NCBI RefSeq assembly: GCF_009834535.1
Contig: NC_045696.1
Coordinates: 26,228,001-26,292,000 of the forward strand
DNA: 64,000 bases
Reading direction: 5' to 3'
Origin: Camelus ferus
Taxonomy: Eukaryota
The translations under genes and the position numbers were made by a program. Positions 14,301 to 27,346 of this stretch are shown here, piece by piece (positions within the stretch are counted from its first letter, which is position 1; every line of letters starts with the position of its first letter). Below the pieces are notes generated by a model. The model had not been told where the DNA came from, searched no databases, and saw nothing but the letters and a program-made list of their open reading frames with translations.

Positions 14301-16080
14301 ACAGAAATCAGAGGCCTTCATACTTGTTATTCTATGTACTAATTTTTATCTTTCAAACAAAAATTGGAGTTAAAATAACTGAGCAGGTATTTTTCTTGGC
14401 TCCTTTAGGAGAGGTTTGAGGCAATAGTTTTAAATTTTATATCAACATGGCCTTTTACATGTTTGATATGCTGACTGGATAGCAGTTATGAGTAGTAATA
14501 ATAATTAATCTGATGCTAAGCATAGGTCTTATTTTATAGAATTTTAGGATATATTTAATGTGTAACTTAGAAAAGCAAACATATGACTACAAGTGGTTCA
14601 TTTGTTTTTTACACATTTTTTAAGTTCTTGGCTTCAAATGTCACCCCTTGTCCCTGCTCCTTGCTTTTCCACTTCAGAAACCAAGTCACAATTTTTAATT
14701 ATTTTTGTTCTTTGGATTATTCATGCTTGTTTTCAGCATCTTGGGATCGCTGATGAAAACGCACAGTGCATGGCTTTCTCAAAGTTTACATTTTAAACTT
14801 AGCAAATGTTTGAACTTTATTTCAAGTTTAGATTGCAGTGTGATAAGTTCTCAGTAATGAGGCTCCTTTATGAGGAAAAGAGGAGGAAAGGCTTTATTGC
14901 TTTTCATAGCTATCACTCCTTTTATGTTTGTAGGTATTTACTACTCCTAAATGATGACGAAACAGGAGGGCTTCACACTGCCTCCTGCTCTCAGGGAAGA
15001 TACGGGGCAGTGATATCTGGAAAACTTGTTTTTTGGTTGATTAAAGAAAAAATTATTAGTCAGTTGGTCAAATATTTCTTGAAACAATTTTTACATCAAC
15101 AACAGAATAGTTCATCCTGCCTTCTAGAAGAGCTTCATCAACTATTTATTATTGCCCTATAAACAAATATAATAAAAGTACTATGACAATTCACTGATGT
15201 ATCGCCTTGTTGAAAATGTGGTTTCCGTGCCAAGGACAAATATGAGAAATAGCATTATCTCTCTGGAGCACAGCTAATCACACTGCAATGTGTGTCCATC
15301 AATTGATCTTTTGGAGGAATTAAGGGAAATTCAAAAGCAAGATTATCATGTGCAAACAATGAGAGTTTAGATATCTTGCTTACTGGCCTAAGGTCCTTCT
15401 ATCCTTCCTGCGGCGTTTACTTTTTGTACCAGGAGTTAATTAAGGTGAAACATGAGGTAATTAGGGCTAATCCTCCTGGCCTCCTGCTGGCCTGTTGCCT
15501 CCTAGGCCATCTCCTAAACCAAACTATTTTCACAGTTTAAGAAAGAAAAGCAGATTTTTGTAAAAGTGATGCTCATGCTTTTGGGGGGCCATAATTCCTA
15601 ATCTTTAAGGCTATTAATATTATTTCTTAAATAAGGCCTTTGTAGAGAAAAAGTATAAAAATGATCATGTTCTTAAGTTTTGATTTAAAAAGAAAAACAA
15701 GACTGTTCTATTAATATGTACCTGGTCACTGACAGGATTGTGGAAGTACATTTGACCATATTACATGTTACTAACAGATTAAGTAAAATTTGTACTAGTA
15801 TAAATATTTAGTTTTGATTATGGTGGAAAGTTGTCCCCTTGCCTCAAAGTTTCTTCCTGATACAGATTTGTCAGTTAATTAGGCATGTATAAATGTGTAC
15901 TAGAAATTAAATTGGGGGAACCCCAAAACCTTCCCTGAACTGCCATTCGGGTTTTACCCAGAGGAACATTCCAGCGCTTATAATGCAATAAGTTGTATTA
16001 TACTACTGCTAGGTAGTAACTGACTTCTCCTTAAAATACAAAAATCTCTACATGTTGAGTGTGTTAGTTGCACAATAAAC

Positions 16081-16104
16081 TGTGTGTGTGTGTATGTGTG
16101 TGTG
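16081..16104. repeat. (TG)n microsatellite, imperfect
   Basis: tgtgtgtgtgtgtatgtgtgtgtg. Confidence 0.85.
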
Positions 16105-18049
16105 TTCCTATTTTTGCTTTTTCAATGATGGAAGTAATAAAAAGATTTACTATCCTTGTTAAGCTTCTCTAAGTTGAAAGGAAAGCACGTGCCCCTTTAT
16201 AGATACCCTAGCCTTCTAATTTGCCAACCATAATAGAATTTGTACTCTTGCCAAAAGGCATTTTATTAGGTTGTTAACATTTTAGAATTGACAGACCTCC
16301 TATATTAATTAAACAGCAAATTGCTAGTAAGCAGTCATGTCATTTATAAAGGAGGGCACTTATAGAAGGAGTGAAATCTTTTCTGTCATATTTTGGAATA
16401 TGCTATCAGTTTCTGGGCTAAAAAAACCTATTATCATAAAGTTTTGTGTGTTTGTTTTCCCAATTGTTACCAGAGTTTTAACTGCTGTTGAGACTACGTT
16501 GATTACTCCTTTTCTGTCTTCTTAGATGTGCTTTAGAAGAACTGTTTGTGCTAGTATCTTGAATATATATAAATTTTTAAGTCCTTTATTGAGATTAAAA
16601 TCATTTCTGTGGAGGAAACCGTTAAAGATGACAGAATAGCTATACTGCAACAAGTTGTTAATCCGTATCTTCTGTTTGAGTTGCTGAAGCAGTTAATATT
16701 TATGTAGCTAGATATGTGGCCAAATCATAAACTCGTATTTAGTAGTCAATTACAATGTCTGAATTTCACTTTTTTTGAAAGAGAAAAAGCATGATTTTTT
16801 ATTCTACAGGCTTAGGCTTTAAGGCTAAAGGAAATGCAGGAGAAGATTGTGGTTTTTTAAGTAAATTTGGTATCAGTCCCTTAAAGTGGAAGTGGGACCT
16901 TTTCTCCTGCAAAATTGCAAGGAAAGCATTTCCACTGTGGCATTTAAGGATATATCAGATGAGATTTTCTATTGATCCCAGTGGCAGGGATGAATGCCCT
17001 GAGAGAATAAATGAGCCGCCTTTATGAGGCTCCCTGTCATCAAGGATTTAGCTGTTTCATTTGCAGATTCCTGTAAATGTTCACCAGATTCATGACCAGT
17101 AATTTTCACTGGAGAAGGACTGGACCATGGGTAAGCAAATGACTCATTGTCATTAATGGTTTCAAAAAGCATTAAAATGTTCTGGCAGCTCAGTTGATTC
17201 TGACAAAGCTATGGAGCCCAACTGCAATGTGTCTCTAGTTAGTATTTCCAATTACCAGGCCAAGGAGAGGATTAAAGTGAATAATATGTAACATGCGCAT
17301 ACCCCTCCTCCCACAAATATACATATGCTAATTCTGATCCTATAGTTTTTCAATATGAAGATTTAAAGTCTACAGATGTTCATATTTAGAAGAGCACAAT
17401 AAAAATACAAATGCTACTCCTTAGGTAATTAAATTTATATATGCTAGCCTTCACTTCCTTAAGTGATCAGTAAACTGCATGCAATAACTAACTTTCATGC
17501 CTTGCTGGAAAAGGTAACAGCCTGATGATGTTAAGTGTGAGTACCTCCTAGTGTACCAAAAGTGGTTTTGAATTAACATTGAATGCACAATCTTCGAAAT
17601 TTTTTGAGACATGACAAATAAATGGATTAATAGATCTGTCTGTGGAATCTGCTTTTTCTGTATACCAGTTTTTAGTGTATGTATTAATATTTAAATTACC
17701 CACCCTTAATATAAGGCTTCCATTTCTATAATTATAATTCTGTAATTATTCTAATATTAGTTCTAATATTTCATTTTGAAGTGAATAAGAAAAATCTGTA
17801 GCTAATTTTCTTGGCCTGCATTGGTTCTGGTAGGGGCTGATTCACAGAGAAAACTGTATTACATACAATATAGTAAAGTGGGTCAGTAATTTGTAGTTTC
17901 TCATAAGCACAGAACAGAAATAAAAACAGTTTAACACCACTTTTAGGGTTCTCCTGACTTCTGCTGCCTGATCATCCCTATCTCCAGAGAAAAAAAAATT
18001 GCCCACAGGCTGTTTGCATGCTTATCCAAAGTCATCCCAGAGGCCCTCT

Positions 18050-18640
18050 CATGCATTGGTAGTGCAGTGGTGTGAGTGCAAATTAATAAAATCTTTATCG
18101 AGGACAATTTAGCAATATGAATTAAAATGCCTGTAATTTTAGACTGACCATTTATTTGTATAAATGTATATATCAGAATATATGTATATGTGCAAAATAG
18201 CAGTGTATGTGTTAATTTATGCATTATGGAACGAGATTGGCATCAACCTAAATAGGATCAAGTCAATAGAAGACTTACTAGATCAGTTATGATATATCTT
18301 ATTTTGGGCTATAAAAAAGAATGAGGTAGGCCTTTATGTATTGATACAGCAAGACTTCTAAGATACCTTTTAAGGAGAAAAAAGAAAAAAGTGCTGAATT
18401 GCATTTTTCCATTTTAACCTATTGTTTAAAAATGGGAAAAATGAATATATGCAAACATATATGTATATCTATGCATAATAGCTCATATATGTATAAACTA
18501 TCTGAAAGGGCACACAAGAAATTAACAATATTGACTGCTTTTGGATATGATACCTGGATGAAGCTGAAGGACAAAGGTAGATGACACATTTTACAGTGTA
18601 CTTTAAAAAATGTTTTTATATTTTTTAAATATTTTAAAAC
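18050..18640 (+). mobile_element. Ancient L1 (L1ME/L1MC-like) 3' region, highly diverged
   Basis: gtggtgtgagtgcaaatt...gaggacaatttagcaatat...caacctaaata...gctataaaaaagaatgaggtagg..tttatgtattgatac resembles old L1M 3' UTRs. Confidence 0.65.
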
Positions 18641-19659
18641 TTTTTTCATCCTTCAATATTTTCATCCCAACCTAATATATCAAGTTTGAATGATTTATCC
18701 TCTTCCTCACTTTAGTGTTACTGATTTTGGCTGGCTGTTAGAAAAACAACCTAAATTCATATTAATATGTGATTGACCAATAGCTCCATGCCTCCCAGGG
18801 ATGTTTCCTATTTAGAAGAGGAGAGTTACGAACTCACATGGAATCCTCACTGGATTGAGTTTCGGGCAGTTCTAAAAGGACTTTGCAGGCAGTATGTGTG
18901 TGATTGTTTGATTAAAGCAGTTAGCCCAGGAAGCCAAAGATAGTTGTAGGTCCTGTAATCCACATCCCTACGAAAGCAGGAAGTACCCATGTCAGTCACA
19001 GCAAGCTTCTACCTGGAGATCTAATACCCAGGGGGCTTCCTGGCAACTGCCTGTTGGAAAACTAAGAGGGGACAATTTCAAGTACAGAAGGAACAGAGCT
19101 GGTGAGCTTTAAGCCAGAGGCGCTTAGACTGTGTTTATGACATATTTGTTATAAAGACACACAACACGTGACATTTGCTTTATGCAGGATGTGTGGTAAA
19201 AGTGAAGACTCCGGAACCCCCTCCTTCCCCACAATTTACTAAGTCAGACTCTGTAGAGAAGAACATGGTTTGAGCACTGCAGCTTTATGACTTAATCCCC
19301 CAGCTCTCTTCCTCCCAGTAAATGGTGAGAATGGAAGCTCAAACCAGAAGTATTTTCTCCTGAAACACCCAAGCCTTGAGCAATCTTTGAGCAGCCAAGC
19401 CTAGGGTTTTCCGACTTGAAGATCTGAAAGTCTTTGTAAAGGGGTTTAAAGCCTCATCCTGTCTGGACTTTATCCCAGAAATGCTTTCCTAATCCATTTC
19501 CTAGGGGCTCTTTGCTCACTCCTGGCCCTCATCTTCTTGTTTTATAGGTAGAATTAGCCTCTGCCCTGGGACACTGGGCTAGTGAAGTGTGTTCCTCTCC
19601 CACTGTAACTAATACCTCTTGACTTTTTGAGATGAGTCAGTGCAGTGGATTCTCTGAAC

Positions 19660-21620
19660 TCTATTCATTAATTAAAAAAAAAAAAACGAACTGAATTTAT
19701 GGAGCACAACTTTGAGCCCAACACTGGGCACTGGGAATTCAGAAAGGAACAAAAGAGACCAAAATATCCCCCGTGGAGCTTTCTTTCTAAAAATGGATCT
19801 AGACAACAAACAAGGCAAATAAAACATATCATTCAGGTAATTGAGTTGCATAACAAAGAGAAAAAACATGAAACAGAAAAAATGCTGGGGGGGGGTTGGG
19901 GAGGGGGCAGCTGAGAGGTAGCAATTTTAGATACAGTGGCCTGGAAAGGTCTCCCTGAGCAGGTGAATTTTGAATGAAAGCCTTAAGGGAAATTAAAAAT
20001 AAAAACAAACAAACAAAAACAAACTAGCTCTGTGGTAATGAGGGATGGGGGTAGAAAGTGTTCTAGGAAGAGGGCCCAAAGTTAGGAAGTGCCAGGAGGT
20101 TAATTTGAGTGGAGCAGCCTGAGCAAGGATGAGGTGGGGTGAGCAGGATCAGTTGAGGTGAGAGTGGTGAGCAGAGGTCAGGTCATGTAGTCACTTGAGG
20201 ACTTCGACTTTTACGTTAAGTGAGTCTTTTGAAAAGTTTGGAAAAAAGAAGAAACATGATCTGTTTTATGTTTTAGAAACTATCACTCCTGGCTTTTAGT
20301 TGAGATTTTTAAAAACTGGAACTGAAACAGGGAGATAAATTACAGTGATCCATATGAGAGCTAACCAGGTGGAGGCAATGGAGGTGCTGCAAAGTGATTA
20401 GAGTCTGGTACACTTTGAAATGAAAACCATCAGAATTAGATCACTTTATGTGAGGTTATGAGAAAAGGGCAAGAGCCAAGGAAGAATCAGCTATTATCAG
20501 CTTGACAGGAAGAAGGGAATTACCATTTAACAAGATGGAAAGACTGTGAGAGGTGAAGACTTTATAAGCAAGTCAAATTTGACCTGTCCATTTGACATCT
20601 GAAAAGTAGATGCCAAGTAGGCCGTTGGAGGAATGAGTCCACAGAAGAGATGTGGCTTGGACATATAAATTTGGATACTTGCCTACTTGTAATTTTTTAA
20701 AGTCATGAGATTTGATAGGATGATACATGGAGTCTGCAGAGGTGGAAGAAATCCCAAGATTGGGCTTTGGGTCACTTTATTTTTAAAGATTGAGAAGATG
20801 AAAACGATGAGCTAAGGAGACTGAGAAAAAACTTTTAGATAGTAGGCAGAAAATTGAGTGAGTATGTTATCCCATAGGTTAAGGGAAATAAATACTTAAA
20901 GATAGAAAGAATGTTCCACTGTGTCAGATGTTACTTGAAGGGGGAAAGAAGATGGGCATTGAGAAGTGACCTCCGATATGGCAGCGTGGAGGTTATCAGT
21001 GACCATTATAAGAGTACTCTTGTTGTAAGAGTGGAGGTGAAGTCATTACTGCAAGAGGTTCAAGAGAGAGATGGAAAAGAGAAATTAGAGACAGTAAGCA
21101 AGGAGGTTACACCACAGTTCTTCAGTACAGGGAAGAGAAACGGAGAGTATCAGGATAGGAAAGTGGGGACAATAGAGAGGGGCTTTTTCTGATTGTTTTT
21201 TTAAATGGGATAAGTAAAAGCATGTCTGCATGCTATGGGAACCATCTAGAAAAGACAGATAAATTGATGATACAGGAAAGAGGGTGAAATTGCTGAAGTG
21301 ATATCCTTGAGTAGGCAGAAGGAGTTGGGGGCTAGGCACAAGTGGAGAAGTTGCTCTAATCTAGACACATAGACAGGTCATCCATTGTCATGAAAGAAGG
21401 TAGATAATGGGCTCAGATGCAGTCATATGAATAAAGGAGGTAGGTAAGCACACATACATGTTTTTCATAGGGTGCAGTTCATGATGTAAGATCATTTTTT
21501 CACATTGATATTTGAAAAGAAAATGGAAACACTGGCTTCTACTGTTCTGTAGAAAACAATGAATTGTGTTGAAAGAGAACAGATTTCCAGGCAGTGTTGA
21601 GATCTCAGATAATCTGTTAC
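19660..21620 (-). mobile_element. L2 LINE, about 2 kb degraded 3' portion
   Basis: attcatt...tttatggagcac...gggcactgggaattcagaaaggaacaaaagagacc at the start, followed by purine-rich reverse L2 body (ggaaaggtctccctgagcaggtgaattttgaatg; gatgtggcttggacatataaatttgg; gaggttatcagtgacc). Confidence 0.85.
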
Positions 21621-21689
21621 ATATGGCTCTTTTTATAGTCAACTTGTATAAATAGAGAATTCCTTTTCCACTTTAGTTTAATTAAACAA

Positions 21690-22530
21690 TGAAGCATTGA
21701 GTATTCATGATTACTAAGACCCCACCCCTGCCTTCAGGGAGCTACCTATCTGGTGGGAGAAGCCCCAAAGTATGGTGACCATATTTTCTAAATAAAAATC
21801 GGGACTGATGATCCCACCCTTGGGCTGACAATAGAAGAGAATATTTAACATGAGGGCCATCCAGGGATATTCAGGGCATATGTTTGCAATTATTGTAATT
21901 AGTATCAGATGTTTTAAGTGCTGAACTAGAGAAATAAGCAGTGTTACAGGAGAACAGAAGAGCAAATGCTCCACTTGGCCTGGGAGTTATGGGAAAGCAA
22001 AGTTATGGCTTTGAAAATTACTGAAACAAAGGGAGAGGCAGGCGTTAAGCCTAGGCAGGTAGATTAGTCATATTGATGGAGCATAAGAATGGATCTTATG
22101 CTAAGGAGTGTGTGTGGATATTATTCTCTAAACATCAATGGTGACAGTCATGTCTGTATTATAGTGACAAACCTGGTAGCTGTATCAGAAAAAAATTGAA
22201 GATTGTAAACCATTAAGTGTACCCTGAAATAGCCAGGCAAAACATAGTAAGGAAAAGACAAAAGAAATGGCAATAATGATTGAGAGAAGTGCATAGATCC
22301 TAATGTGTTTTTCTAGGGGAAGAAAAACAGGACTTTGAGACATATTTGGAAAGTAAGAGAGCATGTAACAATGACTACGAGGCTCTATTTGGGGTAAAAG
22401 TTACACTTTGATGTCACTTGTCAAGATATAGAATACTGAGGATGGGCAGTTTTGGTCAGGGGGTGAGCAAACATAATGAGTTCATTATGTTCATGTTGAG
22501 TGTTAGATAATTTCAAGCAGCTGGAAAGTC
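21690..22530 (-). mobile_element. Second degraded L2 fragment
   Basis: cccctgccttcagggagctacctatctggtggga...taatgagttcattatgttcatgttgagtgttag...aagcagctgga. Confidence 0.6.
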
Positions 22531-23954
22531 TGGAATTTGTTTCTCTGACATCTTTCCTCCCTTTAGTGGACATTGGATTTATCATTTGAACTCAACAAAA
22601 GAAGGAAAAAATAGCAATAATTAGGTGCAATTAAAATGATGTGAAGGGCATTCAGTGCTAAAGACAAATTCATTACATACTGAGCAAAACGAAAGATTCC
22701 CAATATTTTTTAGTGCAGGGTAACCACATTTTCTTGATTGAAATTTTTTTTGTGAGTTATAAAATGTGCCAGAAATATTTTACTTTCTTCTTTGTTATGT
22801 TCTTTTCACATTAAATCAGTCCATTGATTAAAAAAGAACTAGAAAGATGGTTAGAAGGGAAATCATAAAGTAATACACTGTAAGGAGAGGAGCAATCTGC
22901 TTGGAGATACTGTTTTCTTTCTAGGTTGTGTGCCCAGTGGAAAATGCTTTGGGGTATAGTTTTAAGATTTCTAAGAACTTCAAAAAAACATACATAATAA
23001 ATGCATCAAGCTCCCAATTGCATTGCCCAAGCCATTAATTATACACCAAGACCATTTAATGACAGAATAGAATGCTTATTTGACCAATCCTCAAAGACCT
23101 CATTGATATGTACCTTTCTAGTCTATGGATTTAATATATTATAAAATTTCAAAAACTAGCAAATGTGTTCTTTAAAAGACTAAAGAATGCATGATATGCC
23201 ATGACATTTTCTTGTGTTTTCAAACTACACTATCATAATATTGATACTCAGAAAATGGTACCAACAACAGGTAGATTATCACATGAATTTACTAGTATCA
23301 TTTTTTATTGTGAGATAATATATATCCAATGCAATGCTTTTTTCCCCTGGAAACTTGGTTAAACTTAACGCATAACCATAGCAAATACATTAATTGCATT
23401 TGTCATTGATATATTTGTAATTTTCTCCTTTTATGTGTTTAAAATATTTTTTTTAGTTTTAATTTTTTTTAGGTAAATGACTATTATTTGCTTAAAGTGT
23501 TTTGGGGACAGCAGAAAAGATAAAAGAAAAAATTAATAAATGTACAAACTGAAGTAACAGGTGAGCCTTGTTTCTACCCCCTCCCCCTTTTGTTTTTTTA
23601 ATCTTACCTTGAACAATGTTAGTAGCCTACTGAAACTAACATTCTTATGTGGTTTTCTCACCTGCAGAGAAGAATATGAAAAAATCACAGTGGACTTTCT
23701 GGCACTTCTGTTGCTTTTCTAATCAACTTCTTGGTTTTTTGAACTATATTCTTACTTTCCAACTTTCTGGCTACATCCATATCCCAAAGCAAGTGTACAT
23801 TTTTATTGCAGATATAAGTAGTAGCCTTTTTAATTATAAAGCATTTTTATTAATCATGGCTCAAATTACCAAAGATATCTTAGAATTGACTTAATTATTC
23901 TAAATTTTGCAATTTACAATTTATTCTATCATGTTCACATATATTTCAAATATA

Positions 23955-24024
23955 TAAATGATACAAAAGAACTTATTTACAAAACAGAAATAGACTCATG
24001 GACATAAAAAACAAACTTAAGGCT
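23955..24024 (+). mobile_element. Short L1 3' UTR fragment (cetartiodactyl-type)
   Basis: aaatgatacaaaagaacttatttacaaaacagaaatagactcatggacataaaaaacaaactta is a characteristic L1 3' UTR motif. Confidence 0.8.
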
Positions 24025-24432
24025 CTCTTTTTTTGTTTGTTTTTCCTGGAGAGTCACAACTCCAAATATTGTTTGACCCTAAATCTCTTTAAGTGCCATA
24101 AAGAAAAATATTGTGATTCATGCATTGATATGGCTGACGCTTCTGTGCTAATTATTGTTTTACTAGGAGTTACGAGATTTAGAAAGGAGAAGCTCAACCT
24201 ACCTTTTCCATGAACTAGTAATATAATAGAGACTTTTACACAACAGAACGAGGTGCAATCTAGTACTTTCTGTTATAGAATTTAAAAAGAGTGTAAACTG
24301 TGAGAGCACCAAGAAAAAATGATGAAGGAATCAAGAAAGCTTCACTAGAGGTGGTCCATATGCCATGAAGGAAGAAGGAAGAGCTCTTTATAGGTGGGAA
24401 AAGAGGGTTGGGGAAGTAATGGGAGTAATGAG

Positions 24433-24582
24433 AGTATTTGTTTCCTGGGACTACCGGTACAGGTTAGCTTAAACTGGGTGGCTCAAAATAGAAACGCATT
24501 CCCCCTCTGTTACAGAGGTCAGAAGTCCAAAGCAAGGTTCGGTTTCTTCTACAGGCTCTAAGGGAGAAGTTGCCCCAGCCTT
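24433..24582 (-). mobile_element. MaLR (MLT1C/D-like) LTR fragment
   Basis: gtatttgtttcctggg...aaactgggtggctcaaaatagaaacgcatt...agaggtcagaagtccaaa...aggctctaagggagaa. Confidence 0.7.
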
Positions 24583-24786
24583 ACCCTTGAAAAATAACAG
24601 TTTCTCACTCTTTATTGTTTTCGTTTATTTCTGGAAGGGAAATAGGCAGACACTGTAAAGATCTTCAAGGGAAACAACAGTCGTATGTGCAGTTTCGGTA
24701 ATGTCCTATCGTAGAAAGCTTCAGTCATACTTTGTCAGCTTACAGAGCTACATTGACCTATCTGACAGACTAACAATAAATGTTAC

Positions 24787-24920
24787 TAACAATAGCTATC
24801 ATGTATTGCACACAGATAAATATTTCACATATATTATCTCATTTAATCCTCACCTTAATGGTAGTACTAGCATGTTCTTAGTAGAGATAAGAAAACTGAG
24901 GCATAAAACGTTTAATTAAT
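24787..24920 (-). mobile_element. MIR fragment
   Basis: aatagctatcatgtattg...atattatctcatttaatcctcac...agataagaaaactgaggcat. Confidence 0.8.
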
Positions 24921-25449
24921 GATGGTATCTGTAAATACTTACATGTGATAAGCAGAGTAATAATAAAACAAATTGAATGTGAGAACGTATATTACTATGA
25001 AAATTGAAAAAAGAAACAATACATGGACATAAATGTTATAATGACAGTGTGGTATGTGACAGAGGAAATGGAACTCTGTTTATTATAAACAACCCAATTT
25101 GGAGCACTTTTCTGCTTCTGCAGTCTGCAACAAAACCCATCCCACAATATAAAAATAATAGGTGGCCATTTACTATGACAATAAAAATAAAAGCTATAGT
25201 ACACATGGCTTTGAAACTCTACTGTTTGATATTGAAAGTTTTATCTGGTAAAGTAGAGGTTAACATGAAATGTCATTACAAATAAATTGATATTTGTTAA
25301 AAAGGAAATGAAATCAAGAACTCTTCTAAAATGACTTTTATTTCTATACTAGGACTGAAGTTTTTGACTTGCCTTTATTTCTGGAGTATGATCTCTATAT
25401 GGTCTTCCTGAAAATGGGGATTGGAGAAATAATTAGAAATTAAATAAGA

Positions 25450-25567
25450 TTACTATGCCCAAAACTACACCTTCAGAATCTACATCTCAGGGAACAGGTT
25501 GAGGCAAACTGCATTTTTAACAAGTATCCAGGATAATTCTTTAATATTAAACTCCTAAGAACCACTG
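25450..25567. mobile_element. MER5-like hAT fragment
   Basis: tcagaatctacatctcaggg...ctgcatttttaacaagtatccaggataattct...aagaaccactg. Confidence 0.7.
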
Positions 25568-26624
25568 ATTTACATTTAATGTGAGTATTCAAAGTATTTC
25601 TCCCCATTTAAAAAAATTTCCTTATTTTTAATTGAATCTGATATAAAAAGATGGTGTTAATTAGATGGAAGAGAAGGTCACAAAATGAAAGCGTAATCTG
25701 AGCCTGCAGTGGTTCCATATATTTCCAATTCTAAGGCTTGTAGTATGTAAATATTTAAGGTAACTATTTTACAGGCTACTTTTTGTTAATCAAATCAATA
25801 TGTTTGAAAAGTCATTTAAAAAATACTTTTAAAAAGCCTATGTATGTGTGTGCATATGGTAATGTATGGTGTGTCTCTCAAAATAAAATAAAATTAAAAG
25901 GTAGATTTTGGTCTGTCTCTTGCTATTCAGAAAGAAGCCTTCACATTTCATGGGATTGGCCAATGGGCCAAATTTCCTGGGCACACATCCTTCTGGGAGT
26001 GGCTGCTCTCTTTACTTCCCATTTAGCAGCTGTATAACTGGGAAACGTCCAACAGAATAAAAGCCACCTGCTCCTGTAATGATTTCAGCCAAATAGGCAG
26101 GATTGAAGCTTTACCAAATGTGTTGTCTGTCACTCTGATTCAGTTTTTAAAAGGAAATTAAACTAGTCAGATATTCATATAGAAAATATGTCCCATTTGT
26201 TAACTCCTGTTGTGCTTGAGGTCCCTTTCAGGCTAACAGATTCCATTGATTAGGAAATGCTCCTCTAAAATGAAGAGTGGAGAAGGTTTGGAGACATAAG
26301 TTTGGAAAACAAAGTATTCTAAACCCTGTCCCTTATTGCATGCTACATCACTGTACTCTGAGGCTACGTTATTACCTTAGTCTACTCTAAGAACGTTTAG
26401 ATGCACTTTTTCCATATAGACAATTTACCTTTAACATATAGTTATATGTGTCCTACAAACTAAAAATTAGACTGCCATTAGAATTTTCAACTCACCCTTC
26501 TTCCCACCTCAGTCTCTTAAAAATAGTCTACAAGACAAGACATTATAACATAGAACATAAACAATCAATCATAGGCTTTCTAATCACACAGATGCAAGAT
26601 GGAAGGTGGCCTCCACCATAATTT

Positions 26625-26750
26625 GCCCCATGGGCATGCTCTTTTGCCCCTCTGAGCCTTAGTGTTGAAATCTATAAAACAGGGTGATTTTGTGGATTAG
26701 ATGTGAAATGTCACAGGGCATTTGTTGTGTGTAAATATTTAGTATTATCT
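26625..26750 (+). mobile_element. MIR fragment
   Basis: tgggcatg...cctctgagccttagtgttgaaatctataaaacaggg...gtggattagatgtga. Confidence 0.6.
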
Positions 26751-27171
26751 GTTTTTTTAATTGTATTATTTTGCTAGATTTGTGCTTTATACAAGTATCC
26801 ATCCCATTAATATCTACATCATGACAAACATCCAGAGAACTTTCAACTTTTCTTTCATTTTACCCAATCTCACCATGTAGAGCATCTTTTATTTTCTGTC
26901 ACCATCTTCAACATTATGCTGTAATGACATTGTACAGAGGATAATGCAACATCAGTATGAATTTGTTTGTAAGAATATTTCTATAATGATGGAGGATTAA
27001 TGCTTTGTAAAGATTAGCTCATATAATATCATAAGAATGAGTAGAAAACAACACAAAATTTTACTTAATAATTGCAGGCAAATGCTCTGTGTATATACAT
27101 TTTTAATGGGCCTCAGATTTTAATCATCAAAAGCATTGAATTAGTGAGCACCATAATACTGTTAAAAACTC

Positions 27172-27346
27172 TAAAATTAAAAAAAAAGTCTTCTATATAG
27201 CACAGGGAACTATATTCAATATTATAATAACCTTTAATGAAAAAGAATATGAAAACAAATATATGTATGTATATGCATGACTGGGACATTGTGCTGTACA
27301 CCAGAAACTGATGCACTGTAACTGACTGTACTTCAATAAAAAAAAA
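27172..27346 (+). mobile_element. 5'-truncated camelid-type L1 3' end
   Basis: tatatagcacagggaactatattcaata...atgactgggacattgtgctgtacaccagaaactga...gactgtacttcaataaaaaaaaa. No clean TSD. Confidence 0.9.

Noticed and set aside
14745..14790. CTGATGA as a hammerhead ribozyme core or snoRNA box C
   Set aside because: No stem II followed by GAAA, no stem III/NUH, and no box D with a terminal stem
14962..14988. Iron-responsive-element-like CAGTGT loop on the minus strand
   Set aside because: The loop is 11 nt rather than the 6-nt CAGUGH closed by a 5-bp stem, and there is no bulged C
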